Of a stretch of 64,000 bases of DNA, positions 47,959-59,420 are shown in pieces. A program made the translations under genes and the position numbers. Origin of the DNA: Curvularia clavata (Eukaryota); assembly GCA_023920165.1 (NCBI GenBank), contig CP089281.1:496001-560000 (forward strand), given 5' to 3'. The notes under the pieces are model-generated. The model saw only the letters and a program-made list of their open reading frames with translations, searched no databases and was not told the origin of the DNA. Each line of letters begins with the position of its first letter. Position 1 is the stretch's first letter.

Positions 47959-50167
47959 ATGGGCTTCACAAACGGCACTAACGGAGTTAACGGGCACGAC
48001 ACCAACTCAGAGCGCCCCCTCAACATCACAATATGTGGTGCGGGTATTGGTGGCCTAAGTGCCGCAATCTTCCTCCGACAAAGAGGCCACAAGGTTACTC
48101 TCCTCGAGGCCTCGCGCTTTGCCAACGAACTAGGTGCAGCTGTGCATCTCGCACCCAATGCCAATGGCTTGCTGCGGCGCATGGGCTTGATCCCCGAAGC
48201 CAAGGGAGCTGTGGAGTGTGAGAGGTTGACGCAGCTGCTTCCCAATGGCAAACAGTTGTTCAGCGTAGACTTGAAGCGGGAAGCGGGACGGTGGCAGCAT
48301 CCCTGGCAACTTGCACATCGTGTCAGCCTGCACAGCGAATTGAAGAGATTGGCGACCTGTGAGGAGGGAGCGGGGACGCCAGCAGTGCTGAAGCTCAAGT
48401 CAAAGGTCCTCGACGTCGATCCCAAGGAGGGCGTGGTAGTTTTGGAGAGTGGAGAGAAGATCCAGAGCGACATTGTTGTCGGGGCAGACGGCGTGCATTC
48501 CAAGACTCGTCTGCGTCTTCCAGGAGCAGAGAATATTAAGGTCTTTGGCAGCGGCAAGAGTGCCTTTCGTTTTTTGATTCCAAGGCAGAGGGCGTTCGAT
48601 GAGCCCGACACACGCAAGTTTGCGGACAAGGAGGGCCATCTGGTCATGATCTTTGCACGCGACAGGAGAGTTGTTGTATATCCTACGTCGGATAATACGC
48701 TGCTCAACTTTATTTGTATTCACCCGACTTCGGAAAGCCAGATCAACCCTCAGGAGCCAGAAAGCAGTGGTTGGCAGAACCAAGGTAACCTCGACAAGAT
48801 GCTGGAAGTGTACAAGGACTTCGAGCCGGCGGTCCTGAAGCTGCTGAGTATGGCGGATGAAGAGACGCTTAAAGTGTGGGAGTTGTTGGATATGGATCAG
48901 CTGCCGACTTGGACACATGAGAAGCTGGTTCTCATTGGAGACGCCGCACATCCATTTACGCCACGTAAGTCAATCCTCTTTTCCTAACAAAACGTGTGAA
49001 GTTCTCAAACTCATCATCCCTCTAGATCAAGGTCAAGGTGCTGGTCAAGCCATCGAAGATGCCGCCTCTCTCGCCGTGATGCTACCCCTGGGCGTGCCTC
49101 TTGAATCCATTCCCGCACGTCTCAAACTCTACGAGAAATGCCGATACGAACGAGCCAGTGCCATTCAAGAGTACTCCCGGATAGCAGGCAAAGATCTCGG
49201 CTCCGGTCCACCCATCGACACATACAAATTCACAGACTACAACTTCGGTCACGATGAATGGGACCACTCAAATCAAATGCTGCGAAAATGGGAATGGGAA
49301 AACAACAAGAATCTCCTCTGGAGAATGCCCACTGCCTTTGGCCCCATGCCCGGTCCCCGACAAGACTTCCACGGCCGACCAAGAGACGGCTCGAGCGCTA
49401 CCTTCAAAACTGCCAGCATTAAGTTTAAGACCAGCAGGACCGTCTTGGAGAATCTGTTGCCAAGTGAAGAGCTGAAATTCGCTGCTGCAGACACCACCGC
49501 CTACGCCACTTTTTCCGCAACCCAACTCGACAATCTTGAGTGGCTGGGCGGCCGCGGCTATAATCACTTTGGTCTCTACATCCACGGGATTCAGTACACG
49601 AAGGCCAACGGTGAAACAGTCGTAGGCACCTACCTCCCTGTTCTCTTCGAGAATCTCGCCGACCCCATTCTAAGTGGACGCGACGAACTCGGGTTCCCCA
49701 AGGTTTATGCCGAGCTAGACGTTTCCCACTCCGACGACAGGTGTACCCTTGAAGCAGGTTGGATGTCGTCGAAATTCTGTCGCATGGTGCTGTCAGGTCT
49801 ACAGCCTTCCTCTGCCGCAGAGCAAGCTGCAGCAGCGCCATTGCCTCGCGATGACGGTCTCATTTTCCACAAGTACATTCCTGCCACGGGCAGTCTGGCT
49901 AGCAAGCAGCCGTCTCAGCCCGATGTTGAGTACACTGCTTTCCTGCCTAGCGTCGAGGACGCACAGAGTGTAGAGAAGAAGGTAGAGTCGACGATGGTTG
50001 CGTCTGGGGCGGAAATTGCGTTTGACACATTGGACTGGAAGGCTCTGCCGACGCTGCATCACATTGTGAACAGGTTGCAGGAGGTGCCGGTGTATGGTGT
50101 TGTGGAGGCAAAGGTGGTACGGGGGACGGGCGTGAGCGATGTTAGGGTGGTACAGAGGCTGGGTTGA
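47959..50167 (+). CDS. Class A FAD-dependent aromatic monooxygenase (salicylate-hydroxylase-like) fused to a C-terminal acetoacetate-decarboxylase-like domain, 715 aa; exons 47959-48964 and 49026-50167
   Basis: GAGIGGL, VVGADGVHS and LIGDAAHPFTP-HQGQGAGQAIEDA across a 61-nt intron. C-terminal domain with LEWLGGRGY, YLPVLFEN, PILSGRDELGFPK, LPTLHHIV. Confidence 0.92.
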
Positions 50168-51000
50168 TAGGGGATGTCCAGCCATGTATATAACACATAC
50201 ACATACAAATATGCATACGAGATTTACTTGAAGTTTCCCTTGGCCGTCAATGTAGACTTGGTAGCAATGACACTGAAGAAGTACGGTCCCTATTTTGTAC
50301 TAGGCTTTGAAAATATTTTTCTGTTCTTTCATTCTCTCATCTACCACTTTCCTCCTTTACCTTCCCCCTACCTACAGAAAAGGGGAAAGGGGAATCTACT
50401 TAACCGAGACCAGATGTACGCTGTATCTCTGTTTATGTAAAACAAAAAAACAACGTGCTATGTATATATGTAGTATATTGGGAATGACGAAGAGACGGGG
50501 GGTATTATCGAGGTTTCCATCTATCCGAAAAAACGGTCCATAACATCCCAGGATAGAGACAAAAGAAAGTCAAAACACCATACTGGACCCCCTTTATAGA
50601 TGCAAACGATGGTAACATAGGAAAGAAAAGGACAAAAAGAGAGAGAAGCCCTTCTATGTAAGCTCTCCACGGTATTGTTCCACCAGGGATACGAACGTCG
50701 TTTCCCTTATCCTTCCAACTTTCCCAAACAGATACTCTCCTGCAGCCTTGGGTTTGAACAGAAGAGGGGAAAAAAAGAATATAGAAAAGTTCTATACGGA
50801 GCCACAAGAACATGTGCCGAGAATGCCATTTCCCAAAATGGGTCCTAAAACATGGCAATTTGAATGCCCACAAAAACCGTATGCCAGTCTTTCTATAATG
50901 GAGCAAGACATACCGACCAACGGGTGGGAAACAGGGTACTGAAGAAACGAAGGATGGGACAAAAAAAGAAAGAGCGAGAAGAAATGCAACATCAAAGTGT

Positions 51001-52248
51001 CTATCCGCTCGCCGCACCCAATCCGTCGCAGAGTTTTTTTCTCCACTGTCCGCACACATCCTCAAACCCATCCAGGACATCAGCACAAGCGCGCTTGGCC
51101 TCTCTTTCTTTCAATCGGCGGTCCCAGTCCCCATGCTCAATGTACTCCTGCGCCTCCTTTGTCCGTTCGTTGTCGCGTTTCCAATCTTGTAGCTGCTCTT
51201 TGCTGACTTTGAGTCGCCGCGTGGCGTTTACTGTCGTTTGCCGAGACATGTGGAGCGTATCACTTACGTTTGCGAGATGTTGTAGCAGCTCGCGGCTCGT
51301 GTGTGTGAGGTGGGAGAGCTCTACGAGCGGCTCAGTGGAGCAATGGGGAAGCAGATCCAGGGTTAGTTGTATGATTGGGAGAAGTTCTTCGATTGTATCG
51401 AGGTCGGGCACAATGGGTCGTGGGCCCGAGAAGGAGGCAGCTAGTGATGTGAGAGTTCTGGATTGATGGGTCAAATGTGTCGTCAGAGCATCGTGAGCAG
51501 TTTTGAGCCTATTACTTGCAGTCAGCAGAGATTGCAAGGTTGTGAGGAATCCCCGAGCCTACCTCGTTGATCCGTTCTCTATGGCAATCTGGCTGCCCAA
51601 GTCTCGTAGTTGCTCCGTTACCCTCTTGACAACCTCGTCTGACGGACTTCCATTCTCCTCCATGCCCCGCCGTGCTAGACTCTCAATAGCAGCCATTCTT
51701 GATTCGAGCGCCGGTGAGATGCCTTCGTTCTCCAGGTCCGAGTCGCCGCCATAGTCTGAGCCATCATACAGCGACCGTTGCCTGTTGTGCTTTTTCGACT
51801 TCGCAGCGGACGACGGGCTCAGTCCAGTTGGGGAAGAGTCTTGCATGGCCACCCCACTATCGCGCACACCGTTGATGCTAGCCATACTGTCCACGCCATA
51901 CGAGCCGTCATGCTCTATGGCTGTACCGATACCCGCCAGTTCGTCTTGCGACTCGTCCATGTCACCATATTCGCCATCCATGGCCTCTTCCTCGTCGTCG
52001 TCCCATACCTCGCCTAGCTCGTCAGCCAGGTTTCCGAGGCCGTTGCCGTCTCCCCCGCCATCGAAGTGGTGTGCCGGACTATCCTCAAAGTCGTGCGACG
52101 AGCGCGGTGTTATGGGTGAGTAGCCGGAAGAGCGTCGGTTGAAGGATTGCCGCCTTGAAGCAGTGTTGTGGGACATGTCCAGGCTCGAGGGGTGTCGACG
52201 GTGCGAGGATAGAGGACGGTGAGTCGGTGTGTCCGGTGGAGAGGACAT
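51001..52248 (-). CDS. Hypothetical protein with an acidic low-complexity N-terminus and helical C-terminus; exons 52248-51563 and 51508-51001
   Basis: Intron AG|gtaggc...gctgac...atag|G joins LRDLGSQIAIENGST-RLKTAH. C-terminal IEHGDWDRRLKEREA..C.DV..GFE.VC. Confidence 0.8.
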
Positions 52249-53206
52249 GGCGCTACCGGTGGATCGAGGGCAGAGGGAAATGCGCCGAAGGCGTCCGAAG
52301 TTGGTGAAGCTGGTAGTCAAGAAAAGGCGAGCCGCATTAGGAGAGCCCCAATCGGGGATCTACCGAGAGTAAACAAGGAGCGCAATGCGCCTTTGTCGCT
52401 CAGTACGCTCAGCCGTGGGCGAGAAGTGGCCCAACCTCAGCAAGCAGTAGCAACCACAGCAACAGGACGTGCGAGCAGGAGTCGCAAAGGGGCGGGATAT
52501 ACACGTGGCGGGGTAGCGGCGTTGTTGACAATGACTGTACCCCTAAAAGGTGAAGATGCGGGCTTGGGCTCGGCTACGCAAATGCGCCTCACTGCAAGGT
52601 ACGGCGGGCGGACTTGTGGCACTCGGCGATATAAAGCGAGGGGGCACGACCCAAAGGAAGATTGAACAAGGAAAGTTTTGTGCTTGTTTGCCTAACTTTG
52701 CTAGCACGGTGTTTTGTTGACGGCTGGTTGCGGTGTTTGGGATTGGCCGGGTCACAAGAGACCCTCTGTTAGCACAAGTGACGCAAGTATGGGGATCCTT
52801 GTCTTAGCGGTCAGCGCGAACGCATCCGGCTGGACTTTAATACATGGTCGTTTGCAAACATTGACTTCTTTCAAGTTTGGGCACGGTGCTGGTGCTGTGG
52901 CTGGTTCTAGAGTAGCATTGGGAAGATTCTGGGATTCTCTTTATCTTAGACACCCATTTCCTCGTAGCGCTGTAGCGCACCAAAATCCCGTCACGTTGTC
53001 ATAAAGCATACAGGTATCGCGTATGATAATGGGAAGCCAGGCAAGATCCACGCTTGCAGGCCCCAAAACGCCTTTTGTTCCCTAAATTCGTATCCGTACT
53101 CTTGCAAAGTGCCGGCTTGTAGTAGCAACCCATGAAACGATGCCCCAAGAACGCCTGTGATGCCTATGGAATGCCGCTGAAATAAAGATCGGGGTGTGCA
53201 CAGTAA

Positions 53207-53878
53207 TCATGCTGCTTTGGTCTGGTCGAGGCTCGCGAGCTGCTTCTTGAGCTGCGTGAAGAAGTCTTGCCCGGTCGTCATGAGGTGCGGCATAGTGCCT
53301 GTGTCGTATTAGTATGACGCCTCTTATAAACGTGCTTCGAATGCCTCACCGCCTTTGCCCCATGCACCACTGCTCCTGTTCGACACGGAGTCGCCTGGAA
53401 CCTTGTGGTATACCGCTGGTTGGTCTAGAAGGCCAAATGTCAGCATTGTTAAAGCCGGATGCACAAAGACTAAGTGGCTCGTACTGGCTGTACTCTCAAT
53501 GTATTCTACTCCGCTGTTAGCCAAGTTTATCCAAACAACCGGCCCAATGTTCCAATGTCTGTAGAGACACATACTCTTCTTGAGAAACTCCTTGACCTCG
53601 TTCGCATTGAAGTCCTTTACGGGGATATGGTGCTCGGACTGGGCCTGAGCTGCTGCGGGCGCCGGGCCTGATGCTTTTGTCTGCTTGGCTCCCCAGACAT
53701 TGTTTGCGGGAGCGGGCATGGCCTGCTGCCGTCCACTGTCCTTGGTGGGGGTGCTTGCGCCCGAGTTGCGGTTGGCTTGACCCTGCCGTCGCCAGCTATA
53801 AGATGCGTCAGTATTGGTGCAGCAAATGGGCGTGGAGCGCTCGTCTGGAACGTACCGATTCTCACCAGGACCACTCAT
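53207..53878 (-). CDS. Small hypothetical protein, 143 aa, five exons (53878-53856, 53795-53575, 53505-53485, 53424-53350, 53298-53207)
   Basis: Four canonical GT-AG introns, with CTRAY-like branch sites, give one frame: MSGPGENRWRRQGQ...FNANEVKEFLKKKYIESTANQPAVYHKV...SSGAWGKGGTMPHLMTTGQDFFTQLKKQL...*. Confidence 0.75.
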
Positions 53879-54824
53879 TTTGGGTGCGGAGAAATGGTAT
53901 AGGCAACGAGGGGTCGGGTGGTAGATATACAGCAAAATGCTAGGCAAGCTTTCCAATCGCTCTTGCAGCGCGCGAACTGTGTCTGTGCTGCTCCGACTAG
54001 CCCAATGAGAATGCTCGATGCGACTACCACTGTCACCTCTACCGACCAGCTCACTCACTGCTAGCCGCTTGCAGGGCGACGGCGAGGCTACTTGCAACGA
54101 TTCGCGAACGAGTGGATGGGCATTTCCCGGCCTGCCCAATCTGCGCCGATGTGTTGTACAATCACGTGCCGCGTCCTCCAATCGAAACGGCTACAGGGCA
54201 TGGTGGCAGCACACTAACAGCAAGGGTTGTCGACACTTCTAGCGAGTGGACCACGTCTCTCGTCCCCATTATTTCTACCGTGGTTTGAGGCGAGTCGTGG
54301 CCCACTTAGGCTCCATGACGAAATAACATGCATGTCGCCAGCAGAATGCGAGGGAACTGGATTTCAAACAATTCTATTTTGAATTTAAAGAAAAAAAAAG
54401 TGTGGAAACAAGTGAAGAAAGAGGCAAATTCAGTGCATATGGCGCCTGTGGAATGCATTGGGCTATGTTTGTACGAGAAAAAACAAACAAAGGAACACTG
54501 CCAAATCACCACTCGAGCATGACCGTCACCGACTTTTGCCCGTCGCCAGGATCCCCAGATACATGGAGACTTTTCGGTAGTGCATCCATTGTCTGCAACG
54601 GCTTCCTGCCCTCTGATTTGTAGCCACTCTCATGAAGATGTGTCCATAGTCGCTGATAGTCGATATCGACTTTCCATTAATAGATCTGCGTCTATTCATT
54701 AACATTTGTTTTACGCATGTCCATCCCATGTCGCCTCAAGAGATAGGCTCTTTCCATTTCATAACTGAATGCAACGCCTTCCAACTCCAAACGTGAACAA
54801 AGACAACAATGCAAAAAATGAAAA

Positions 54825-55982
54825 TTAGGCCGACGCAGCAGCCTCGGCATTGTCTCCACGACCATCACCTCCGGTTAGATTTGCCAGGAAATCCTGATAT
54901 CTAAAAACCTCTCCTCTGCCCAGGCCCTTGCCTCCCTTCCCAAACGCTCTGCGGCCGCTGAAGGCCTCGACAACCATGTCAATCTCGCGCTCGGTAAGTA
55001 GTGTCTCTCCTGGCTGGGGTGCCGTGTGCAGCAAGGCATCCTTCAACTCGGCCAAGTCAATCTGGCCGTCATCGTTGTCGTCAAAGGCCTCAAAGGCAGC
55101 GCTTAGCTCACTCTGGTGCGAAAGGTTGGCCAGTAGGTCAGATAGGGTAGTCAGGTAGGTGGCTAGGTTAATCGACTGTGCGCCATTGAAGTATGCCGAC
55201 AGCTGCGAGGGCGTGGCTGAGAGGCCGAGCTGGGACAGCATATCGGCCACGTCTGCGGCGTTGACATGGCCATCATCGTCGCGGTCCATGACGCTGAACG
55301 ACTCTCGCATGCTGTGCAGCAGGGGCGGGGGCAGTTTGGAGAGGGCGTCGCTCGAGGCCATGCGGCGGATGACTGGTTGCCGGGCTGCCAGTCGCCCGGG
55401 TGAAGGCTCGCGTGAGCGCGCAGGCGAGCGCGGTGCTGGTGAGGGGGCTGGCGAAAGGTGCGCAAAACGATCGACATGGGCCTCGACTGGCTTCTCAATT
55501 GGCCTCTCGATGGGTTTCTCAACTGGCTTCTCCACAGCCTTGACAGGGTCGACGGGAGGCGAGTGTTTGCGGAACGAAAGCGGCGCCGGCGTGTCTTCCT
55601 TGGCGGCGCCCTCGAACATGGCCGCAATGGAAGCGGTACTCAGAGGGCGCGGCGTACTCTGTGTCGTAGGGACACCATTTCGTGTGGGCGAGACATTACG
55701 GCCAGGCGAGGCTGGTGGTTCTGGGGTGCCGGACGTGGTGCGCGTGTGCAGCCATGGCGGGGGTGTTTGTGATGACGCGCTGGGGGCGGCGGGGCGGAGG
55801 TTTGCTTGTGAAGGGGTCGTGGGCGTGTCCTTGGGCTTGAGGGGCGAACTGCTTGGTGTTGAGGGCCGTATGGTCGAGGGCGAGGCCTCTCTGATGGAGC
55901 CCGGGCGGCGGAAGGGCGACTGGCGCGGACTGTTGAAGGACAGCGGCGAGGGCTTGTAGGGGGTGGGCGTGGTCGACTCCAT
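54825..55982 (-). CDS. EF-hand protein, myosin regulatory light chain-like, with a long Pro/Ser/Thr-rich N-terminal extension
   Basis: MRESFSVMDRDDDGHVNAADV (EF1) and AFEAFDDNDDGQIDLAELKDAL (EF3), then LTEREID...F.G...FRYQDF. Start is 55982, or an ATG-only exon at 56035. Confidence 0.82.
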   Translation of the reverse strand: MESTTPTPYKPSPLSFNSPRQSPFRRPGSIREASPSTIRPSTPSSSPLKPKDTPTTPSQANLRPAAPSASSQTPPPWLHTRTTSGTPEPPASPGRNVSPTRNGVPTTQSTPRPLSTASIAAMFEGAAKEDTPAPLSFRKHSPPVDPVKAVEKPVEKPIERPIEKPVEAHVDRFAHLSPAPSPAPRSPARSREPSPGRLAARQPVIRRMASSDALSKLPPPLLHSMRESFSVMDRDDDGHVNAADVADMLSQLGLSATPSQLSAYFNGAQSINLATYLTTLSDLLANLSHQSELSAAFEAFDDNDDGQIDLAELKDALLHTAPQPGETLLTEREIDMVVEAFSGRRAFGKGGKGLGRGEVFRYQDFLANLTGGDGRGDNAEAAASA

Positions 55983-56466
55983 GTGCAGGTCAGTGGTGTG
56001 TGTCTGTGGGTGGTGCAGGGCGGTCAGCATACCATGGCGGCGTGAATTTCTTCTGCGCGGTGGAGGCTGGTCGCTTTGTTGACGGTGGTTGGTGTTGGCG
56101 GCGGAATGGCCCAGCAACATGCATCAGCCACACCACTAGCCACATGCACCAGCCACACTAGCCAATCGATAACACAGTCGAGGGGCGCATGCAGATGCAT
56201 GCTCGGCCCTGCACGAAGCGGCCGGCCGGATGCACCCCATCGCCCGCTTTCAGTCCCAGTCCCAGTCCCAGCACCACGGGCGGCCAGCTTTTCACCCTCC
56301 CAGGCCCATGTCTTGTCCTGCCTCTCCCTCGACCCCTGCTGGCTGCGGGCATGGTCGTGAGCCTGACATTGGTTTCGGAGCGAATGTGGCATATTGGCGC
56401 CCCCTAACGCTAGCGTCTGTAGATCCATAGGGAATGTGAGCACCACGGAACCCTTCAGGACAGACG

Positions 56467-58977
56467 ATGGAGAAGCCCATGATGGCCGAAGTCATATCCC
56501 AGCGGCCTCAAGGCACAACGGCCGCACCCCAGGTTTCGCTGCAGCGCCAGCCCTCCTTCTCGTCCTTTCCGCCCTCGCGCTCGCCATCGACCCGCAATGG
56601 CCATTCCTCAAAGGCTCGCTCGCCGCAACCCCCCATGCTGCGCGAGGGCGACGAGAACGATTCCATTCAGTCGGACCGCGACGACTCCCTCCACCTCCCC
56701 TCCGCCCCAGACTACTCCCGGCCTGCCATGAAGCTGCGCTCCCAGTACCCCGCCGATGGTGTCGAGAATCATGTCGAGTACATCCTCGTCGCCTCGTTCG
56801 ACATTGACCGCGGCTCCATCATGGAACACCAGTATCCCGCTGCCATCAGCGGCGACGAGACCATGTTGGCTGAGCTCATGCTGCCCGACCAGGCTCACGT
56901 TCGAAGCCAGGACTGGACCATCTTCTTTTTGCACAAGGACACGACCGCCGAAGAGGAGGAGCGCGAGGCTAGGAGAGAGCGCAGGAGGCGGAGAAGGCGA
57001 CGGAAGCAAGGCGCCGACGACGGTGATGACGGTGCGGCGGCCGGTGCTGCTGAAGGAGAAGCTGACAACGATAGCAACAATGGCGACCAAGGCGACGACG
57101 ATGAAGACGACGACGATACCGAAAGCGAGCGCGAGCCAGACCCTGACGGGCCGCCGTTGGTCTACGTCCTGAACCTAGTCAACACGAAGCAGGACAACAC
57201 CGTGAAAAGGTAGGTCCATTACCCAACCATGAGGAGCCTGATGTTGATCCTGCACAGAGGTGCCATTGTAAAAGCCATGGCCATATGTACCCGCCATCCC
57301 TTCCTACACATCTACAAGCCGCTGCTCTTGTTGGCGCTCGAGGAGTACTTCAGGGCCCCAGTCCTGGATACGCTGGCTTCGCTTTACAACGCCCTCAACT
57401 CCATGGACTTGTCACTTTTGCCCAAATTGTCTGACCTGGAAAACTTCGTGCTGGGTGCTAGCGACGCAAAGGACATGTTTGTAGAAAAGTTTGAGCTCAT
57501 GGTCCGACAGAGAAAGAAGCTCGATGCTGCAAAAGAGTCGGAGGAAACTGATCCTCAGTCTAAGAAGAAGACATATACCATTCCTCGCGATACGCATGAG
57601 TTCGAGTCCAAAATTGATTACAACGGCATCCCCGTTCCCGTCAAGATACCCACTGCCCTGAGTCCGGAGACTGTGGGCGACTTTTCTCTTATCAAGCTCA
57701 TCCAGACTTTTTCCACCCCTCACGCCACACAACCGCAGCCATTTGCACTGCATCCACATCTGACAACAAGCGGCGCATACACACATCCAATCATTGTACT
57801 TGTCAACGCCCTCTTAACACAGAAGCGCATCATCTTCATTGGGCACAACCGCCCTTCAGGCGAAGTCGCAGAGGCCGTGCTAGCAGCGTGCGCTCTGGCG
57901 TCTGGCGGTATTCTGCGTGGCTTTGTGCGACACGCGTTTCCATACACTGATCTTACCAAGGTAGACGACCTACTCAAGGTGCCTGGCTTCATCGCCGGCG
58001 TTACCAATCCTGCATTCTCCTACAAGCCCGAGTGGTGGGACCTGTTGTGCGACCTTCCTACTGGCCGCATGAAGATTAGCAATCGGATTGAGCCAGCCTC
58101 GCCCACCGAAGGATCCTTGTTTTTCCAGCAGCAAGGTCTCCCCTCGAACGGACTGGGTGGTCCGTCAGGCCTCGACAGTAAGGGTGGTGGCTTCGATCCT
58201 ACTGGCGACAGCCAGTTCATGGACAAACTTCTCGACAGCATCGCCAATCGCCATGGAGAGAATGCAATTCGGGCCAAGTGGCGCTCCTGGGTGCTCAAAT
58301 TCACCCGCATCGCAGCTGCTTTTGAAGAGACTGTCTATGGTGCGTCAGCACTGTATATTGGCGCCCACGAAACCGAAATCGGTGCATATGGTGTCTCGGG
58401 ACATGGTTATGTCTGGCCAGACGAGGGCTCTAAGCTACGCGAACTTGCTGCAAACGTACATCGTATCGAAGGCTGGCGCAATACTAGGAGCTACTACAGC
58501 TGTATTCAGGACCTTGCAAAAGGCTGGGGCAAGCGACCAGTACGTGGTCTCGACATGCACCATCAGCACGACAAGCTGCGCTGCTTGAAGCTCACACATG
58601 ACCAATCAGCAGCCATATATCTTGCGCTTGCGAGGTGTGTAGAAGATGCAGGTATACCTACCGACGTGACAAGTCCTTCGTCGATCGACCTCCCATCCAT
58701 GGCACAATCACTGAGTCTTTCCAATGAGTCTGGGAAGAAATCACATGCTCATCAACAGTACGACACCATCCTCCAGCTGCTCTGCGTCGTACCTGATGCC
58801 GGGCTATTCTACCTTAGTCTGGGCCTTTTCCACCCCAGACAGGACGTCCGCATGGCGGTTGTCAAGTTGTTGGAAAGAATCATGGATCACTCCGCTGGCC
58901 GGCATTACTGGGGTCAATTAGGACGCTTTGCGAAACTGGCGTTTTTCAGAGTAAAAAGGGAAGAGGCTCACAAGTAG
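56467..58977 (+). CDS. mesA: Afi1/MesA family polarity protein (Arf3-interacting, DENN-like); exons 56467-57209 and 57258-58977
   Basis: [95 protein letters not shown]. Confidence 0.85.
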
Positions 58978-59420
58978 ACAAGGTAATGTTTGGCGTTGGA
59001 AGGAATTGGATCAATGAACACTACGAGTCCATGTCGCAAGGCCGACGTGACGAGACGATTAGAGAAATCTGAATGAATGATATTGTTACATGCATGTCCC
59101 TAGTTGACAGTGAGCACTTGGATTTAGCGCACAATACTCTCCACATGAACCATGTAGTCGGGAAATTAGCCCTTGTTGTTTCTGTGCACTCATGTTTACT
59201 CCTATCGATACGCGCATATCCCTGCACTGCAATCTCCAATCTCCGCCCCAAAAACACTGGCCCAAAACCCGCTGGCCTAAAAATTCCCCCCATACCCCTC
59301 GAACCCTCGCCTATACCCTGCTCGTCGTGTCGCAGGCCTCCTGGCAGATTCTTACATCCCATTGTGACTCTGTCTGAAAAAAATCCGTCATTCCCACACC
59401 AGTTGCGCTACAATTGCAAA

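Noticed and set aside
55159..55959. 266-aa plus-strand ORF
   Set aside because: Antisense to the GC-rich EF-hand gene; low-complexity translation.
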